Source of the DNA: Alphaproteobacteria bacterium
GTDB taxonomy: Bacteria; Pseudomonadota; Alphaproteobacteria; Rs-D84; CACZYB01
Direction of reading: 5' to 3'
Assembly (NCBI GenBank): GCA_009785175.1
Contig: WQWV01000001.1
Span: 60,963-124,962, forward strand
DNA length: 64,000 nt
In this document: in pieces, positions 61,255 to 64,000 of the stretch
Numbering within the stretch: position 1 is the first letter of the stretch
How the letters are laid out: each line of letters opens with the position of its first letter
Made by a program: the position numbers and the translations under genes
Notes under the pieces: generated by a model
What the model saw: only the letters and a program-made list of their open reading frames with translations
Told to the model about the DNA's origin: nothing
Database searches by the model: none

Positions 61255-61335
61255 CATACCGGCCCCCGAGCCGGTATCCAGTAAGCATAATATCTTACTC
61301 TTTCCTGGATTCCGGGTCAAGCCCGGAATGACAAT
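61255..61335. repeat. composite palindromic repeat, unit A plus inverted unit B
   Basis: GTCATACCGGCCCCCGAGCCGGTATCCAGTAAG ... GGATTCCGGGTCAAGCCCGGAATGAC. Confidence 0.7.
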
Positions 61336-61339
61336 AATC

Positions 61340-61873
61340 CTACCAATTCCTACAAAGCGCCCGAACCCGTTGCGATTCGGCGGGCGTATCTATCGCGGCA
61401 TTTTCTCGCTCAAGCTCGGCCTTCATAAGGTTGTGTATATTACTTATGTTTTGGCTCTTCTCGATTTCCCGGCGAATCTCCGCTATGTTCCTATTAAGGC
61501 GATATTGCAAAATCACAAGCTCCTCTTCGAACAGCTGGGCGTATCGCCTGAGCACTCGCGAATAAGCTTCTACATGCTTCGCCTCGTGATCGACTATGGC
61601 ATAGAATTCACAACTCCCGCGCCTGAACTTGTCGTGAACATGGATCTTGACCGACGAATAACCGACATTGAAGGCGACCGAGCCCGGGCAATCCCCTTCG
61701 TCCACGAAAATATTGAAATCGACGACCGTGCGGCCAAGATGGTTTTCCATTATGGTGGCATCGGTCATAACAATCGCGGGCTCGTATGTGATAAGCCTGA
61801 ACTCGACGGGCTCGCACTCGAAGGCCTGCGCTCCGAACGCGAATAGCAGAAGAAAGAGCTTAAATAGAATCAA
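61340..61873 (-). CDS. secreted DUF922-like putative zinc metalloprotease (HEAKH)
   Basis: Signal peptide; HExxH motif AIVDHEAKHVE. Confidence 0.5.
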   Translation of the reverse strand: MILFKLFLLLFAFGAQAFECEPVEFRLITYEPAIVMTDATIMENHLGRTVVDFNIFVDEGDCPGSVAFNVGYSSVKIHVHDKFRRGSCEFYAIVDHEAKHVEAYSRVLRRYAQLFEEELVILQYRLNRNIAEIRREIEKSQNISNIHNLMKAELERENAAIDTPAESQRVRALCRNW

Positions 61874-64000
61874 GATAAGGCTCCACGAACTTGGCCCCGT
61901 ATTGACGCCTCAATTCCTCGGCAAGCAACACTGCCTTGCGTCCCGAGTCGAACAGGCCGAGATAAGGCCCAAGCCCGCTCATGTCTACGTTCAAAATCAC
62001 GGATTCCCCAATAGCGGGCTTTCTAAACAAGATGGCATACTTCAAATTCTTATAGATTTTGCCCTGTATAAACGCGAACTCCTTGGGCGTAAGATTCCAG
62101 TTGGCATAGTCTTCTTGACGCGCCTGCGCGTTCCTAAAGAATATATGGGTTTGGCACTGCCCGCGCATAAGCTCGCCTATGCCAAGCTTGTCGACGATGT
62201 TGGGCTGCTGGAATGCGGCCAGATACGCCTGGCGCTTCTTACGCCCTTCCTGAAGCCCTATGATAAAGTTGCGGCGGAATTCCGAATTGGCCAACAACGG
62301 CGCCGTTTCGTCGATTATGATAAGCGACGGCGAACCCGTGCGCCCGGTTAAATTCTGAATCCGGTTCATAAGATAGGAAACCACCGCGGGCGCAAGCGTT
62401 TCGTCCTCTATCAAATACGTAAAATCGAACGTGGTGAAGTTCGAGCTTAAATCAAGTGTATCGTCGACCGAGTTGAAGATTTCGCCGTATTGGTTCTCGT
62501 CGACCCATCGGAACATCTCGCGCCGCATTCTGCCGGCCGGCGAGAAGCAGGATTTGTAAAGGTTCTTGATTGTGCGCTTGGATGGCTCGAGATAGTCGAA
62601 CGCAACGCCCACGGCGCGCGCTATCTCCGCCTCTGATGCCGCATCGTTTACAAGCGTTATTTCCTTTAACCAGCGTCGTAAAAACGCCCGGTTTTCCGCA
62701 TTGTCCTCGATACGGAAAGGATTAAGCCGCACGGTGGTTCCGGCCTTGATGGCCTCCTTGTCCTTGGTGTCGCCCTCGAAATTGATATAATCGCCCCCGG
62801 CGGCGTATGTGAATATTTCCGCGCCGCGATGCCTGTCGAAAAAGAACACCTTCAAGTCGTCTATTTTCATGCTCTGGCCCGCTAAAAACGAATAGAGCGT
62901 CGTCTTGCCCTGTCCGGTGGGTCCGATTGCAATGGTGTGAGCTACCGCGTTGGGTTCTTCCGATATATGGAATTGGAATTGATAGGCCGTGCCCTGATAC
63001 GTGGGGAAGATTACGATTGGCGTGTCGCCCCAGTCGGATTTCGAAAGGCCTTCTGGCTGCCGCTCAAAGTTAAACAACGTCGCCGCAGCGCGGGAAAGCA
63101 GTTTGTATGTGCGCGGCGATTGGTCATAACTTGGGAACTGCGTGAACCAAGTGATTTCCGCAACCCAGCCCTCGCGTATCGGCACCACGCCGTAAAGGCG
63201 GCAGATCTTCTCGACCTCGAACACGGCGGCGTCAAGCCCGGCCTCGGTATCGGATAATACAAAGAACGTTTCGCTGAAGTTCACAAGCGTCTGGTGGTCT
63301 TCATCACCTTGTTCGATATATGATAGCGCGTCGTCGTATTGGCGCAAAACGTCAAGCGAGAAGGTGGTAGACGCAGCCATTCTCCGTTGGTTCAACAACA
63401 ACATCTGCGCCTGAATTTTCGAAATCGTGAAGATATTGAAAAGCACCGTCAACTCGTAATTCAAGGCCAACACGTCGGCCAACATCTGCTCGTCCGCCTG
63501 CCCGCTTTGTTGTTTTATGCCTATGACGGCCATGAACTTTTCCTTGCCCCCGCTTCTAAATCGGATATAGCCTTTGTTCGAGAAGAAAACTTCGTCGCTG
63601 ACAAGCAAATCCGACACGTTTCCGCTAAGGCCGCCCTGCCCTTGAACGGGATTCGGACGCGATACCTGGTTGATCACGTGCGAGAAGAACGCAAGCGGCG
63701 ACTCGCTTGCCCCCTCGCGCAAAAGCTGGACTTTGTAATCGGACAACATTGCCTCGAGATTGGAGGACGCCAACTCCAAATCGGTATAGGCGTTTTTTCG
63801 CGCGCCGACCGATAATACTACGTAATGCGAGTTCGTGAACACCTCGCTCTGCGCCTCGTTCCACTTCTTGCCGATTTCGGCCATGTATTTGTTCTTGGGC
63901 TCAAGCACGCTGCGGTTTTTGACCTTCTCGCGCAAAGTGAATATGCGGCATTCCGCGGCGATCTCGCTCAACGAGTCTATCCATTTTTTACGCGATTCCA
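61860..64000 (-). CDS. virB4: type IV secretion ATPase VirB4, N-terminus beyond the window edge
   Basis: Walker A IGPTGQGKTT, Walker B LIIIDE, CagE/TrbE/VirB4 C-terminal regions. The frame stays open through nt 64000. Confidence 0.85.
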   Translation of the reverse strand, partial: ESRKKWIDSLSEIAAECRIFTLREKVKNRSVLEPKNKYMAEIGKKWNEAQSEVFTNSHYVVLSVGARKNAYTDLELASSNLEAMLSDYKVQLLREGASESPLAFFSHVINQVSRPNPVQGQGGLSGNVSDLLVSDEVFFSNKGYIRFRSGGKEKFMAVIGIKQQSGQADEQMLADVLALNYELTVLFNIFTISKIQAQMLLLNQRRMAASTTFSLDVLRQYDDALSYIEQGDEDHQTLVNFSETFFVLSDTEAGLDAAVFEVEKICRLYGVVPIREGWVAEITWFTQFPSYDQSPRTYKLLSRAAATLFNFERQPEGLSKSDWGDTPIVIFPTYQGTAYQFQFHISEEPNAVAHTIAIGPTGQGKTTLYSFLAGQSMKIDDLKVFFFDRHRGAEIFTYAAGGDYINFEGDTKDKEAIKAGTTVRLNPFRIEDNAENRAFLRRWLKEITLVNDAASEAEIARAVGVAFDYLEPSKRTIKNLYKSCFSPAGRMRREMFRWVDENQYGEIFNSVDDTLDLSSNFTTFDFTYLIEDETLAPAVVSYLMNRIQNLTGRTGSPSLIIIDETAPLLANSEFRRNFIIGLQEGRKKRQAYLAAFQQPNIVDKLGIGELMRGQCQTHIFFRNAQARQEDYANWNLTPKEFAFIQGKIYKNLKYAILFRKPAIGESVILNVDMSGLGPYLGLFDSGRKAVLLAEELRRQYGAKFVEPYLDSI

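Overview
This is a ~57% GC bacterial window with an alphaproteobacterial gene neighbourhood: ftsE-ftsX-ydcF-plsC, dnaB-pepE-rdgB-(two transporters)-hemW, a type-2 (eukaryote-like) IleS, mnmG, obg, trpS-argS-plsY-dprA. It carries dispersed type IV secretion genes: a lone virB11 with an unknown partner, a virB8-virB9-virB10 cluster, and a 5'-truncated virB4 at the right edge. There is a complete N-type (atpDCQRBEFAG) ATPase operon, two tRNAs (Met-CAU, Ala-GGC) and several families of short intergenic palindromic or modular repeats. No CRISPR array, IS element or transposase was seen.

The most unusual content is three things. (i) Two paralogous secreted, coiled-coil, Cys-module proteins carry poly-G tracts inside their signal-peptide codons. 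One copy is in frame (G10) and the other is frame-shifted (G9), the classic architecture of a translational phase-variation contingency locus. (ii) The window holds seven exact G/C homopolymer tracts of 9-10 nt. The other five sit in frame as Gly-Gly-Gly codons in unrelated genes: murI, a Nudix hydrolase, an IMPase-family gene and a hypothetical, all housekeeping-type. (iii) A minus-strand four-gene cluster, directly upstream of the phase-OFF paralog, encodes a cytoplasmic HExxH protein, a MotA-like proton channel with a long Met/Lys-rich cytoplasmic tail, a MotB-like coiled-coil peptidoglycan anchor and a small outer-membrane beta-barrel. The OFF paralog in turn lies directly upstream of the N-ATPase operon. 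This is a candidate uncharacterised ion-driven envelope system.

There is also an AT-rich island (39.0-40.0 kb) carrying a methyltransferase. Gene starts were refined from the six-frame ORF track using ribosome-binding sites, start/stop overlaps and paralog comparisons. Many ORFs in the track are GC-rich antisense artefacts and were discarded.
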